Of a DNA stretch of 52,925 nucleotides, positions 1 to 13,100 are shown piece by piece (position 1 is the stretch's first letter; each line of letters opens with the position of its first letter). The notes under the pieces were generated by a model. The model was not told the DNA's origin, made no database searches, and saw only the letters and a list, made by a program, of their open reading frames with translations. The DNA is from Malacoraja senta. Taxonomy: Eukaryota. Made by a program: the position numbers and the translations under genes. The stretch lies in the NCBI GenBank assembly GCA_038087875.1, contig JAXLNO010000051.1:806001-858925 (forward strand), read 5' to 3'.

Positions 1-3000
1 TTATGCGTGCTTCATTTTCATCACTTTTCGCATGCTGAAGGTTCGTCGCTTTTCGCATACAGAATTTTCGTCGTGTTTCACGTTCTGAAATTTTGTCACT
101 TTTCGCGTGCTGAATTTTCGTCGCTTTTCACCTGCTGAATTTTCGTCACTTTTCTCGTGCTGAATTTTCGTCGATTTTCGTGTCCTGAAAGCTCGTCACT
201 TTTCACGTGCTGAATTTTTGTCGCTTTTCGCAGGCTGTATTTTCGTCGATTTTTGCATGCTGAATTTTCGTCGCATTTCGCGTGCTTCATTTTCATCGCT
301 TTACGCGTCCTGAAGGCTTGTCGCTTTTCACATGCTGAATTTTCGTCACTTTTCACATGCTGAAATTTCGTCACTTTTCACGACCTGAAATTTTGTCGCT
401 TTATGCGACCTGAGGTTTTGTCGCCTTTCACGTCCTGAATTTACATTGCTTTTCATGTGCTGAATTTTCATCGCTTTACGTATGCTGAATTTTTGTTGCT
501 TTTCGCATGCCGAATTTTCGTCGCTTTTCCCGTGCTTCATTTTCATCACTTTTCGCATCCTCAAGGTTCGTCGCTTTTCGCATGCTGAATTTTTGTTGAA
601 TTTCGCATGCTGAATTTTCGTCACTTTTCGCGAGCTGAATTGTTGTCGCTTTTCATGTTCTGAAATGTCTTCACATTTCACGTGATGAATTTTCATTGCT
701 TTTCTTGTCCTGAAGGTTCGTCGCTTTTCACGTGCTGAATGTTCATTGCTTTTCATGTCCTGAAGGTTTGTCGCTTTTCGCATGCTGAATTTTCATCGCT
801 TTTCGCATGCTGAATTTTCGTCGCTTTTCGCGTGCAGAATTTTCGTTGGTTTTAAAGTCCTGGTTCCTCACTTTTCGCGTGCTGAATATTCGTCGCTTTT
901 CGCATGCTGAATTTCCGTTGTTTTTCATGTGCTGAAATGTTGTAGCTTTTCTCGTTTCGAAATTTCGTCACTTTATGCGTCCTGATGTTTCATCACTTCA
1001 TGCGTCCTGATGTTTCGTTGCTTTTCACATGCTGAATTTTCGTCGCTTTTTGTGTGCTGAAATTTCGGCGCTTTATGTGTGCTGATATTCCGTCACTTTT
1101 CACGTCCTGAAATTTCGTCACTTTTGGCGTGCTGAATTTTCGTCGGTTTTCGCATGGTGAATTTTAGTCGCTTTTCACAGGTGAAATTTTGCCGCCTTTG
1201 ATGTCCTGAAATTTCGTCGCCTTTAACGTCCTGAAATTTCGTCGCTTTATTCATCCTGATATTTCGTTGCTTTATTCGTCCTGATATTACATCGCTTTTC
1301 GCGTGCTGAATTTTTGTTGCTTTTTGCATGCTGAATTTTCGTCGCTTTTCGTGTGCTAAATTTTCGTCGCTTTTCACGTTCTGAAATTTAGTCACCTTTC
1401 GTGTGCGTAATTTTCGTCGCTTTTCACATCCTGAAGATTTGTCGCTTAACGTGTGCTGAATTTTTGTCACTTTACGCGTACTGAATTTTTGTTGGTATTA
1501 ACGTCCTGAAGGTTCCTCTCTTTTCGCCTGCTGAAATTTCGCCGTTTTTCAAGTTCAGAAATTTCGTCGCTTTCTGCGTCCTGTAATTTCATCACATTTC
1601 GCATGCTGAATTTTCGTCGCTTTTTGTGTACTGAAATTTCGGCGCATTTCGTGTGCTGATATTTCGTCGCTTTTCACATCCTGAAATTTCATCACTTTTG
1701 GCGTGCTGAATTTTCGTTGCTTTTCAAGTCCTGAAGGATCGTCGCTTTTCGCGTGCTGAAATGTTGCCATTTCACATGGTGAATTTTAGTCGCTTTTAGT
1801 ATGCTGAAATTTCGTCGCTTTTCACGTCCTGAAATGTCATCACTTTACGCGTGCTGAATTTTCGTTGCTTTTTGCATCCTGAAGGTTCGTCGCCTTTTGC
1901 CTGCTGAATTGTCATCACTTTTCGTGTGCTGAATTTTGGTCGCTTTTCGCGTGCTGAATTTCCGTTGCTTTTCACGTCCTGAAGGTTTGTCGCTTAACAC
2001 CTGTTGAATATTTGTCGCTTTTCGCGTGCTCAATTTTTGTAGCTTTTCGCATGCTGAAATTTCGTACAATTCCGCGTGCATCATTTTCGTCACATTCCGA
2101 GTGCTTCATTTTCATCGCTTTTTGCAGGCGGAATTTTCGTCGCTTTTCACGTGCTAAATTTCCATTGCTTTTCATGTCCTGAAGGTTCGTCGCTTTTCAT
2201 GTGCTGAATTTTCATGGTTTTTCATGTCCTGAAGGTTCGTCGCTTATCGCATGCTGAATTTTCGTGGCTTTTTGCGTGCTGAATTTTGTAGCTTTCCGCA
2301 TGCTGAATTTTCGTCACTTTTCGCGTGCTTCATTTTCATCACTTTTCGCATGCTGAAGGTTCGTCGCTTTTCGCATACAGAATTTTCGTCGTGTTTCACG
2401 TTCTGAAATTTTGTCACTTTTCGCGTGCTGAATTTTCGTCGCTTTTCACCTGCTGAATTTTCATCACTTTTCTCGTGCTGAATTTTCGTCGATTTTCGTG
2501 CCCTGAAAGCTCGTCACTTTTCATGTGCTGAATTTTTCTCGCTTTTCGCAGGCTGTATTTTCGTCGATTTTTGCATGCTGAATTTTCGTCGCATTTCGCG
2601 TGCTTCATTTTCATCGCTTTACGCATCCTGAGTTCTCGTCGCTTTTCACATGCTGAATTTTCGTCACTTTTCACATACTGAAATTTCGTCACTTTTCACG
2701 ACCTGAAATTTTGTCGCTTTATGCGACCTGAGGTATTGTCACCTTTCACGTCCTGAATTTACATTGCTTTTCATGTGCTGAATTTTCATCGCTTTACGTA
2801 TGCTCAATTTTTTTTGCTTTTCGCATGCTGAATTTTCGTCGCTTTTCCTGTGCTTCATTTTCATCACTTTTCGCATGCTGAAGGTTCACATTTCACGTGC
2901 TGAATTTTCATCGCTTTTCATGTCCTGAAGGTTTGTCGCTTTTCGCATGCTGAATTTTCGTCGCTTTTCGCATGCTGAATTTTCGTCGCTTTTCGCGTGC

Positions 3001-3900
3001 TTCATTTTCATCACTTTTCGCATGCTGAAGGTTCGTCGCATTTCGCATACAGAATTGTCGTCGTGTTTCACGTTCTGAAATTTTGTCACTTTTCGCATGC
3101 TGAATTTTCGTCGCTTTTCACCTGCTGAATTTTCATCACTTTTCTCGTGCTGAATTTTCGTCGATTTTCGTGTCCTGAAAGCTCGTCACTTTTCATGTGC
3201 TGAATTTTACTCGCTGTTCGCAGGCTGAATTTTCGTCGATTTTCGAATGCTGAATTTTCGTCGCATTTCACGTGCTTCATTTTCATCGCCTTTCGCGTGC
3301 TCCATTTTCATCACTTTACGCGTCCTGAAGGCTCGTTGCTTTTCACATGCTGAGTTTTCGTAACTTTTCACATACTGAAATTTCGTTACTTTTCACGACC
3401 TGAAATTTTGTCACTTTATGCGACCTGGGTTTTGTCGCCTTTCACGTCCTGAATTTACATTGCTTTTCATGTGCTGAATTTTCATCGCATTACGTATGCT
3501 GAATTTTTGTTGCTTTTCGCATGCTGAATTTTCGTCGCTTTTCCCGTGCTTCATTTTCATCACTTTTCGCATCCTGAAGGTTCGTCGCTTTTCGCATGCT
3601 GAAATGTTGTCGATTTTTGCATGCTGAATTTTCATCACTTTTCGCGAGCTGAATTTTTGTCGCTTTTCATGTTCTGAAATGTCTTCACATTTCACGTGAT
3701 GAATTTTCATTGCTTTTCTTGTCCTGAAGGTTTGTCGCTTTTGACGTGCTGAATTTTCATCGCTTTTCATGTCCTGAAGGTTTGTTGCTTTTCGCATGCT
3801 GAAATTTCGTCGCTTTTTGCGTGATGAATTTTTTGTAGCTTTTCGCATGCTGAATTTTCGTCGTTTTTCGCGTGCTGAATTTTCGTCACTTTTTCCTTGA
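1..3900. repeat. Left HOR domain: repeated ~0.6-0.8 kb variant block separated by more diverged monomers
   Basis: Marker GTGTTTCACGTTCTGAAATTTTG occurs at 73, 2391 and 3063 (offsets 2318 and 672). ORFs 96..374 and 2414..2692 are near-identical at offset 2318. Confidence 0.8.
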
Positions 3901-6874
3901 CGAGTTTTCGTCGTTTTTCGCTTCCTGAAGGTTTGTCACTTTTCATGTTATGAAAATTAGTCACTTTATGTGTCCTGCCATTTCGTCGCTTTCCGCGTCG
4001 TGAATTTTCGTCGCTTTTCGCGTGTTGAATTTTCGTCACTTTTCACGTTCTGAAATTTCGTCATTTTCGCGTGCTGAATTTCCGTTGCTTTTCACGTCCT
4101 GAAGGTTTGTCGCTTAACACCTTTTGAATATTTGTCGCTTTTCGCGTGCTCAATTTTTGTAGCTTTTTGCATGCTGAAATTTCGTACAATTCCGCGTGCT
4201 TCATTTTCGTCACATGTCGTGTGCTTCATTTTCATCGCTTTTTGCAGGCGGAATTTTTGTCGCTTTTCACGTGCTGAATTTTCATCGCTTTTCATGTCCT
4301 GAAGGTTCGGTGCTTTTTACGTGCTGAATTTTCATGGCTTTTCATGTCCTGAAGGTTCGTCGCTTTTCGCATGCTGAATTTTCGTGGCTTTTTGCGTGCT
4401 GAATTTTGTAGCTTTTCGCATGCTGAATTTTCGTCGTTTTTCGCGTGCTGAATTTTCGTCACTTTTTCCTTGACGAGATTTCGTCATTTTTCGCTTCCTG
4501 ATTCACGTTATGAAAATTAGTCACTTTATGCGTCCTGACGTTTCGTCGCTTTTCGCATCGTGAATTTTCGTCGCTTTTCAGGTGCTTCATTTTCATCACT
4601 TTTCGCAACCTGAATATTTCTCGCTTTTCGCATGCTGAATTTTCGTCGCTTTTCGCGTGCTTCATTTTAATCACTTTTCTCATCCTGTATAATCGTCGCT
4701 TTTTGCATGCTGAATTTTCATCGCTTTTCACGTTCTGAAATTTGGTCACTTTTCCAAAGCGGAATTTTCATCACTTTTCGCGTCCTGAAGCTCGTCGCTT
4801 TTCGCATGCTGAAATTTCATACAATTCCGCATGCTTCATTTTCGTCACATTTCGTGTGCTTCATTTTCATCGCTTTTTGCAGGCGGAATTTTTGTCGATT
4901 TTCACGTGCTGAATTTTCATCGCTTTTCATGTCCTGAAGGTTCGTCGCTTTTCACGTGCTTCATTTTCATCACTTTTCGCGTCCTGAAGGTTTGTCGCTT
5001 TTCGCATGCTGAATTTTCGTCGCTTTTCGCATGCTGAATTTTCATCACTTTTCTCGTGCTGAATTTTCGTCGATTTTCGTGTCCTGAAAGTTCGTCACTT
5101 TTCATGTGCTGAATTTTACTCGCTTTTCGCAGGCTGAATATTCGTCAATTTTCGAATGCAGAATTTTCGTCGCATTTCGCGTGCTTCATTTTCATCGCCT
5201 TTCGCGTGCTCCATTTTCATCACTTTACGCGTCCTGAAGGCTCGTTGCTTTTCACATGCTGAATTTTCGTCACTTTTCACATACTGAAATTTCGTTACTT
5301 TTCACGACCTGAAATTTTGTCACTTTATGCGACCTGGGTTTTGTCGCCTTTCACGTCCTGAAGGTTTGTCGCTTAACACCTTTTGAATATTTGTCGCTTT
5401 TCGCGTGCTCAATTTTTGTAGCTTTTCGCATGCTGAAATTTCGTCGTTTTTCGCGTGGTGAATTTTCGGCACTTTTTCCTTGACGAGTTTTCGTCATTTT
5501 TCGCTTCCTGATTCACGTTATGAAAATTAGTCACTTTATGCGTCCTGACGTTTCGTCGCTTTTCGCATCGTGAATTTATCGTCGCTTTTCAGGTGCTTCA
5601 TTTTCATCACTTTTCGCAACCTGAATATTTCTCGCTTTTCTCATGCTCTATAATCGTCGCTTTTTGCATGCTGAATTTTCATCGCTTTTCACGTTCTGAA
5701 ATGTGGTCACTTTTCCAAAGCGGAATTTTCATCACTTTTCGCGTCCTGAAGGCTCGTCGCTTTTCGCATGCTGAAATTTCATACAATTCCGCATGCTTCA
5801 TTTTCGTCACATTTCGTGTGCTTCATTTTCATCGCATTTTGCAGCCGGAATTTTTGTTGATTTTCACGTGCTGAATTTTCATCGCTTTTCATGTCCTGAA
5901 GGTTCGTCGCTTTTCACGTGCTTCATTTTCATCACTTTTCGCGTCCTGAAGGTTTGTCGATTTTTGCATGCTGAAGTTTCGTCACTTTTCGCATCCTGAA
6001 TTTACGTCGCTTTTCATGTGCTGAATTATCGTCGCTTTTCGCGCATTTCATTTGCATCACTTTACGCAAACTGAAGGTTCATCGCTTTTCGCATGCTGAA
6101 TTTTCGACGCTTTTCCAGTGCTTCATTTTCAATGCTTTTCGCATCCAGGTTCGTCCCTTTTCGCATGCTGAATTTTCGTCGATTTTCGCATGCTGAATTT
6201 TCGGCACTTTTCGCATGCTGAATTTTCGTCGCTTTTCACGTTCTGAAATTTCGTCACTTTTCGCGTGATGAATTTTCGTCGCTTTTAGCATGCATAATTT
6301 TCGTCGCTTTTCCCGTGCTTCATTTTCATCACTTTTCGCGTCCTGAATGTTCGTCACTTTTCGCATGCGGAATTTTAGTCGCTTTTCGCCGACTGAGCTT
6401 TCGTCGCTTTTCACGTGCTGTATATTCGTCACTTTTTGCATGCTGAATTTTCATCGCTTTTCTCGTCCTGAAGGTTCATCGCTTTTCACGTGCTGAATTT
6501 TCATTGCTTTTCACGTGCTTCATTTTCATCACTTTTCACGTACTGAAGGTTCATCGCTTTTCACATGCTGAATTTTCGTCGCTTTTCCCGTGCTTCATTT
6601 TCATCACTTTTCGCGTCCTGAATGTTCGTCACTTTTTGCACGCTGAATTTTCATCGCTTTTCGCCAGCTTCATTTTCATCACTTTTCGCGTCCTGAAGGC
6701 TCGTCGCTTTTTGCATGCTGAAGTTGTGTCGCTTTTTGCATCCTGAATTTACGTCGCTTTTCATGTGCTGAAATTATGTTGCTTTGCACGTGCTGACATT
6801 TTCGTCGCTTTATGTCCCGATATTTTGTTGCTTTTCGCGTCCTGAATTTACTTTGTTTTTATGTGCTGAATTTC

Positions 6875-7450
6875 CGTCGCTTTTCACGTTCTGAAATTTC
6901 GTCACTTTTCGCGTGCTGAATTTTCGTCGCTTTTCGCAGGCTGAGTTTTTGTCGCTTTTCGCGTGATGTATTTTTTTCACTTTTCGCGGCCGAATTTTCG
7001 TCGCTTGTCTCGTTCTGAAATTTCGTCACTTTTCGCTTGCTGAATTTTCGTCGCTTTTCGCGTCCTGAAGGTTCGTCGCTTTCCGCATGCTGAAGTTTCG
7101 TCACTTTTCGTGTGCTGAATTTTCGTCGCTTTTCACGTTCTGAAATTTCGTCACTTTTCGCGTGCTGAATTTTCGTCGCATTTCGCGTGCTGAATTTTTG
7201 TCGCTTTTCGCAGGCTGAGTTTTTGTCGCTTTTCGCGTGCTGTATTTTTTTCACTTTTCGCGGCTGAATTTTCGTCGCTTGTCTCGTTCTGAAATTTCGT
7301 CACATTTCGCTTGCTGAATTTTCGTCGCTTTTCGCATCCTGAAGGTTCGTCGCTTTCCGCATGCTGAAGTTGCGTCAATTTTCGCGTGCTGAATTTTCGT
7401 CGCTTTTTACGTTCTGAAATTTCGTCACTTTTCGCGTGCTGAATTTTCGT
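6875..7450. repeat. Short 249/274-bp (10-11 monomer) tandem HOR; also present at ~22180-22750 and ~34855-35425
   Basis: Rare variant CTTGTCTCGTTCTGAAA occurs at 7004/7278 and 22307/22581, offset 274 in both cases. Confidence 0.85.
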
Positions 7451-7924
7451 CACTTTTCGCATGCTGAATTTTTTTCACTTTTCGCGTGCTGAATTTTTGT
7501 CGATTTTCGCATGCTGAATTTTCGTCGATTTTCGCATCCTGAAGATTCGTCGCATTCCGCCTGCTGAATCTTCCTCAATTTTCGCGTGCAGAATTTTCGT
7601 TGATTTTCGTGTCCTGAAAGGTCGTCACTTTTCATGTGCTGAATTTTTATTGCTTTGCGCAGGCTGATTTTTCGTCGATTTTCGTGTGCTGAAATTTCGT
7701 CACTTTTCACGTCCTGAAATATCGTCGCTTTATACGTGCTGAATTTTTGTTGCTTTTCATGTCCTGAAGGTTCGTCGCTTTTCACGTGCTTCATTTTCAT
7801 CACTTTTCGCGTCCTGAAGGTTCGTCGCTTTTTGCATGCTGAAGTTTCGTCACTTTGCGCATCCTAAATTTACGTCGCTTTTGATGTGCTGAATTATCGT
7901 CGCTTTTCGCGTGTTTCATTTGCA

Positions 7925-8850
7925 TCACTTTTCGCAAACTGAAGGTTCATCGCATTTCGCATGCTGAATTTTCGTCGCTTTTCCAGTGCTTCATTTTCAA
8001 TGCTTTTCGCATCCAGACGGTTCGTCGATTTTCGCATGCTGAATTTTCGTCGATTTTCGCATGCTGAATTTTCGGCACTTTTCGCATGCTGAATTTTCGT
8101 CGCTTTTCACGTTCTGAAATTTCGTCACTTTTCGCGTGATGAATTTTCGTCGCTCTTCGCATGCATAATTTTCGTCGCTTTTCCCGTGCTTCATTTTCAT
8201 CACTTTTCGCGTCCCGAATGTTCGTCACATTTCGCGTCCGGAATTTTAGTCGCTTTTCGCCGACTGAGCTTTCGTCGCTTTTCACGTGCTGTATTTTCGT
8301 CACTTTTTGCACACTGAATTTTCATCGCTTTTCTCGTCCTGAAGGTTCATCGCTTTTTACGTGCTGAATTTTCATCGCTTTTCGCGTGCTTCATTTTCAT
8401 CACTTTTCACGTACTGAAGGTTCATCGCTTTTCGTATGCTGAATTTTCATCGCTTTTCCAGTGCTTCATTTTCATCGCTTTTCGCATCCACAAGGTTCGT
8501 TCCTTTTCGCATGCTGAATTTTCGTCGATTTTCGCATGCTGAATTTTCGGTACTTTTCGCATGCTGAATTTTCGTCGCTTTTCACGTTCTGAAATTTCGT
8601 CACTTTTCGCGTGATGAATTTTCGTCGCTTTTCGCATGCATAATTTTCGTCGCTTTTCCCGTGCTTCATTTGCATCACTTTTCGCGTCCTGAATGTTCAT
8701 CACATTTCGCGTCCGGAATTTTAGTCGCTTTTCGCCGACTGAGCTTTCGTCGCTTTTCACGTGCTGTATTTTCATCACTTTTTGCACGCTGAATTTTCAT
8801 CGCTTTTCTCGTCCTGAAGGTTCATCGCTTTTCACGTGCTGAATTTTCAT
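7925..8850. repeat. 475-bp (19-monomer) tandem sub-HOR
   Basis: ORF pairs 7947/8422 and 7997/8472 are offset by exactly 475. Shared marker GCCGACTGAGCTTTCG. Confidence 0.85.
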
Positions 8851-11800
8851 CGCTTTTCGCGTGCTTTATTTTCATCGCTTTTCGCATCCAGAAGGTTCGT
8901 CCCTTTTCGCATGCTGAATTTTCGTCTATTTTCGCATGCTGAATTTTCGGCACTTTTCGCATGCTGAATTTTCGTCGCTTTTCACGTTCTGAAATTTTGT
9001 CATTTTCGCGTGTTGAATTTTCGTCGCTTTTCGCATGCATAATTTTCGTTGCTTTTCCCGTGCTTCATTTTCATCACTTTTCGCGTCCTGAATGTTCGTC
9101 ACTTTTTGCACGCTGAATTTTCGTTGCTTTCCGCCTGTTGAATTTTCATCACTTTTGACGTTCTGGAATTTCGTCATTTTCGCGTGCTGAATTTCCGTTG
9201 CTTTTCACGTCCTGAAGGTTTGTCGCTTAACACCTTTTGAATATTTGTCGCTTTTCGCGTGCTCAATTTTTGTAGCTTTTCGCATGCTGAAATTGCGTAC
9301 AATTCCGCGTGCTTCATTTTCGTCACATTTCGTGTGCTGCATTTTCATCGCTTTTTGCAGGCGGAATTTTTGTCGATTTTCATGTGCTGAATTTTCATCG
9401 CTTTTCATGTCTTGAAGGTTCGGCGCTTTTTACATGCTGAATTTTCATGGCTTTTCATGTCCTGAAGGTTCGTCGCTTTTCGCATGCTGAATTTTCGTGG
9501 CTTTTTGCGTGCTGAATTTTGTAGCTTTTCGCATGCTGAATTTTCGTCGTTTTTCACGTGCTGAATTTTCATCACTTTTTCCTTGACGAGTTTTCGTCGT
9601 TTTTCGCTTCCTGATTCACGTTATGAAAATTAGTCACTTTATGCGTCCTGACGTTTCGTCGCTTTTCGCATCGTGAATTTTCGTCGCTTTTCACGTGCTT
9701 CATTTTCATCACTTTTCGCAACCTGAATATTTCTCGCTTTTCGCATGCTGAATTTTCGTCGCTTTTCGCGTGCTTCATTTTCATCACTTTTCTCATCCTG
9801 TATAATCGTCGCTTTTCGCATGCAGAATTTTCGTCGCTTTTTGCGTGCTGAATTTTCATCGCTTTTCACGTTCTCAAATTTGGTCACTTTTCCAAAGCGG
9901 AATTTTCATCACTTTTTGCGTCCTGAAGGCTCGTCGCTTTTCGCATGCTGAAATTTCGTACAATTCCGCGTGCTTCATTTTCGTCACATTTCGTGTGCTT
10001 CATTTTCATCGCTTTTTGCAGGTGGAATTTTTGTCGATTTTCATGTGCTGAATTTTCATCGCTTTTCATGTCCTGAAGGTTCGTCGCTTTTCACGTGCTT
10101 CATTTTCATCACTTTTCGCGTCCTGAAGGTTCGTCGCTTTTTGCATGCTGAAGTTTCGTCACTTTTTGCATCCTGAATTTACGTCGCTTTTCATGTGCTG
10201 ACTTATCGTCGCTTTTTGCGTGTTTCATTTGCATCACTTTTCGCAAACTGAAGGTTCATCGCTTTTCGCATGCTGAATTTTCGTCGCTTTTCACGTTCTG
10301 AAATTTTGTCACTTTTCGCGTGATGAATTTTCGTCGCTTTTCGCATGCATAATTTTCGTTGCTTTTCCCGTGCTTCATTTTCATCACTTTTCGCGTCCTG
10401 AATGTTCGTCACTTTTTGCACGCTGAATTTTCGTTGCTTTCCGCGTGTTGAATTTTCGTCACTTTTCACGTTCTGGAATTTCATCATTTTCGCGTGCTGA
10501 ATTTTCGTTGCTTTTCACGTCCTGAAGGTTTGTCGCTTAACACCTTTTGAATATTTGTCGCTTTTCGCGTGCTCAATTTTTGTAGCTTTTCGCATGCTGA
10601 AATTGCGTACAATTCCGCGTGCTTCATTTTCGTCACATTTCGTGTGCTGCATTTTCATCGCTTTTTGCAGGCGGAATTTTTGTCGATTTTCACGTGCTGA
10701 ATTTTCATCGCTTTTCATGTCCTGAAGGTTCGGCGCTTTTTACATGCTGAATTTTCATGGCTTTTCATGTCCTGAAGGTTCGTCGCTTTTCGCATGCTGA
10801 ATTTTCGTGGCTTTTTGCGTGCTGAATTTTGTAGCTTTTCGCATGCTGAATTTTTGTCGTTTTTCGCGTGCTGAATTTTCATCACTTTTTCCTTGACGAG
10901 TTTTCTTCGTTTTTCGCTTCCTGATTCACGTTATGAAAATTAGTCACTTTATGCGTCCTGACGTTTCGTCGCTTTTCGCATCGTGAATTTTCGTCGCTTT
11001 TCACGTGCTTCATTTTCATCACTTTTCGCAACCTGAATATTTCTCGCTTTTCGCATGCTGAATTTTCGTCGTTTTTCGCGTGCTTCATTTTCATCACTTT
11101 TCTCATCCTGTATAATCGTCGCTTTTCGCATGCAGAATTTTCGTCGCTTTTTGCGTGCTGAATTTTCATCGCTTTTCACGTTCTCAAATTTGGTCACTTT
11201 TCCAAAGCGGAATTTTCATCACTTTTCGCGTCCTGAAGGCTCGTCGCTTTTCGCATGCTGAAATTTCGTACAATTCCGCGTGCTTCATTTTCGTCACATT
11301 TCGTGTGCTTCATTTTCATCGCTTTTTGCAGGTGGAATTTTTTGTCGATTTTCACGTGCTGAATTTTCATCGCTTTTCATGTCCTGAAGGTTCGTCGCTT
11401 TTCACGTGCTTCATTTTCATCACTTTTCGCGTCCTGAAGGTTCGTCGCTTTTTGCATGCTGAAGTTTCGTCACTTTTTGCATCCTGAATTTACGTCGCTT
11501 TTCATGTGCTGACTTATCGTCGCTTTTTGCGTGTTTCATTTGCATCACTTTTCACAAACTGAAGTTTCATCGCTTTTCGCATGCTGAATTTTCGTCGCTT
11601 TTCACGTTCTGAAATGTTGTCACTTTTCGCGTGATGAATTTTCGTCGCTTTTCGCATGCATAATTTTCGTCGCTTTTCCCGTGCTTCATTTTCATCAGTT
11701 TTCGCGTCCTGAATGTTCGTCACTTTTCGTTGCGGAATTTTAGTCGCTTTTCGCCGACTGAGCTTTCGTCGCTTTTCACGTGCTGTATTTTCGTCACTTT

Positions 11801-11894
11801 TTGCATGCTGAATTTTCATCGCTTTTCTCGTCCTGAAGGTTCATCGCTTTTCACGTGCTGAATTTTCATCGCTTTTCGCGTGCTTCATTTTCAT

Positions 11895-13100
11895 CACTTT
11901 TCACGTACTGAAGGTTCATCGCTTTTCGTATGCTGAATTTTCATCGCTTTTCCAGTGCTTCATTTTCATCGCTTTTCGCATCCACAAGGTTCGTTCCTTT
12001 TCACATGCTGAATTTTCGTCGATTTTCGCATGCTGAATTTTCGGTACTTTTCGCATGCTGAAATTTCGTCGCTTTTCACGTTCTGAAATTTCGTCACTTT
12101 TCGCGTGATGAATTTTCGTCGCTTTTCGCATGCATAATTTTCGTCGCTTTTCCCGTGCTTCATTTGCATCACTTTTCGCGTCCTGAATGTTCGTCACATT
12201 TCGCGTCCGGAATTTTAGTCGCTTTTCGCCGACTGAGCTTTCGTCGCTTTTCACGTGCTGTATTTTCGTCACTTTTTGCACGCTGAATTTTCATCGCTTT
12301 TCTCGTCCTGAAGGTTCATCGCTTTTCACGTGCTGAATTTTCATCGCTTTTCGCGTGCTTCATTTTCATCACTTTTCGCGTACTGAAGGTTCATCGCTTT
12401 TCGCATGCTGAATTTTCGTCGCTTTTCCAGTGCTTCATTTTCATCGCTTTTCGCATCCACAAGGTTCGTTCCTTTTCGCATGCTGAATTTTCGTCGATTT
12501 TCGCATGCTGAATTTTCGGTACTTTTCGCATGCTGAATTTTCGTCGCTTTTCACGTTCTGAAATTTCGTCACTTTTCGCGTGATGAATTTTCGTCGCTTT
12601 TCGCATGCATAATTTTCGTCGCTTTTCCCGTGCTTCATTTGCATCACTTTTCGCGTCCTGAATGTTCGTCACATTTCGCGTCCGGAATTTTAGTCGCTTT
12701 TCGCCGACTGAGCTTTCGTCGCTTTTCACGTGCTGTATTTTCATCACTTTTTGCACGCTGAATTTTCATCGCTTTTCTCGTCCTGAAGGTTCATCGCTTT
12801 TCACGTGCTGAATTTTCATCGCTTTTCGCGTGCTTCATTTTCATCACTTTTCGCGTACTGAAGGTTCATCGCTTTTCGCATGCTGAATTTTCGTCGCTTT
12901 TCCAGTGCTTTATTTTCATCGCTTTTCGCATCCAGAAGGTTCGTGCCTTTTCGCATGCTGAATTTTCGTCGATTTTCGCATGCTGAATTTTCGGCACTTT
13001 TCGCATGCTGAATTTTCGTCGCTTTTCACGTTCTGAAATTTCATCATTTTCGCGTGTTGAATTTTCGTCGCTTTTCGCATGCATAATTTTCGTTGCTTTT
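11895..13100. repeat. 475-bp (19-monomer) tandem sub-HOR, about 2.5 copies
   Basis: ORF left coordinates 11916, 12391 and 12866 are spaced 475 apart. The same spacing recurs at 17185/17660. Confidence 0.85.
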
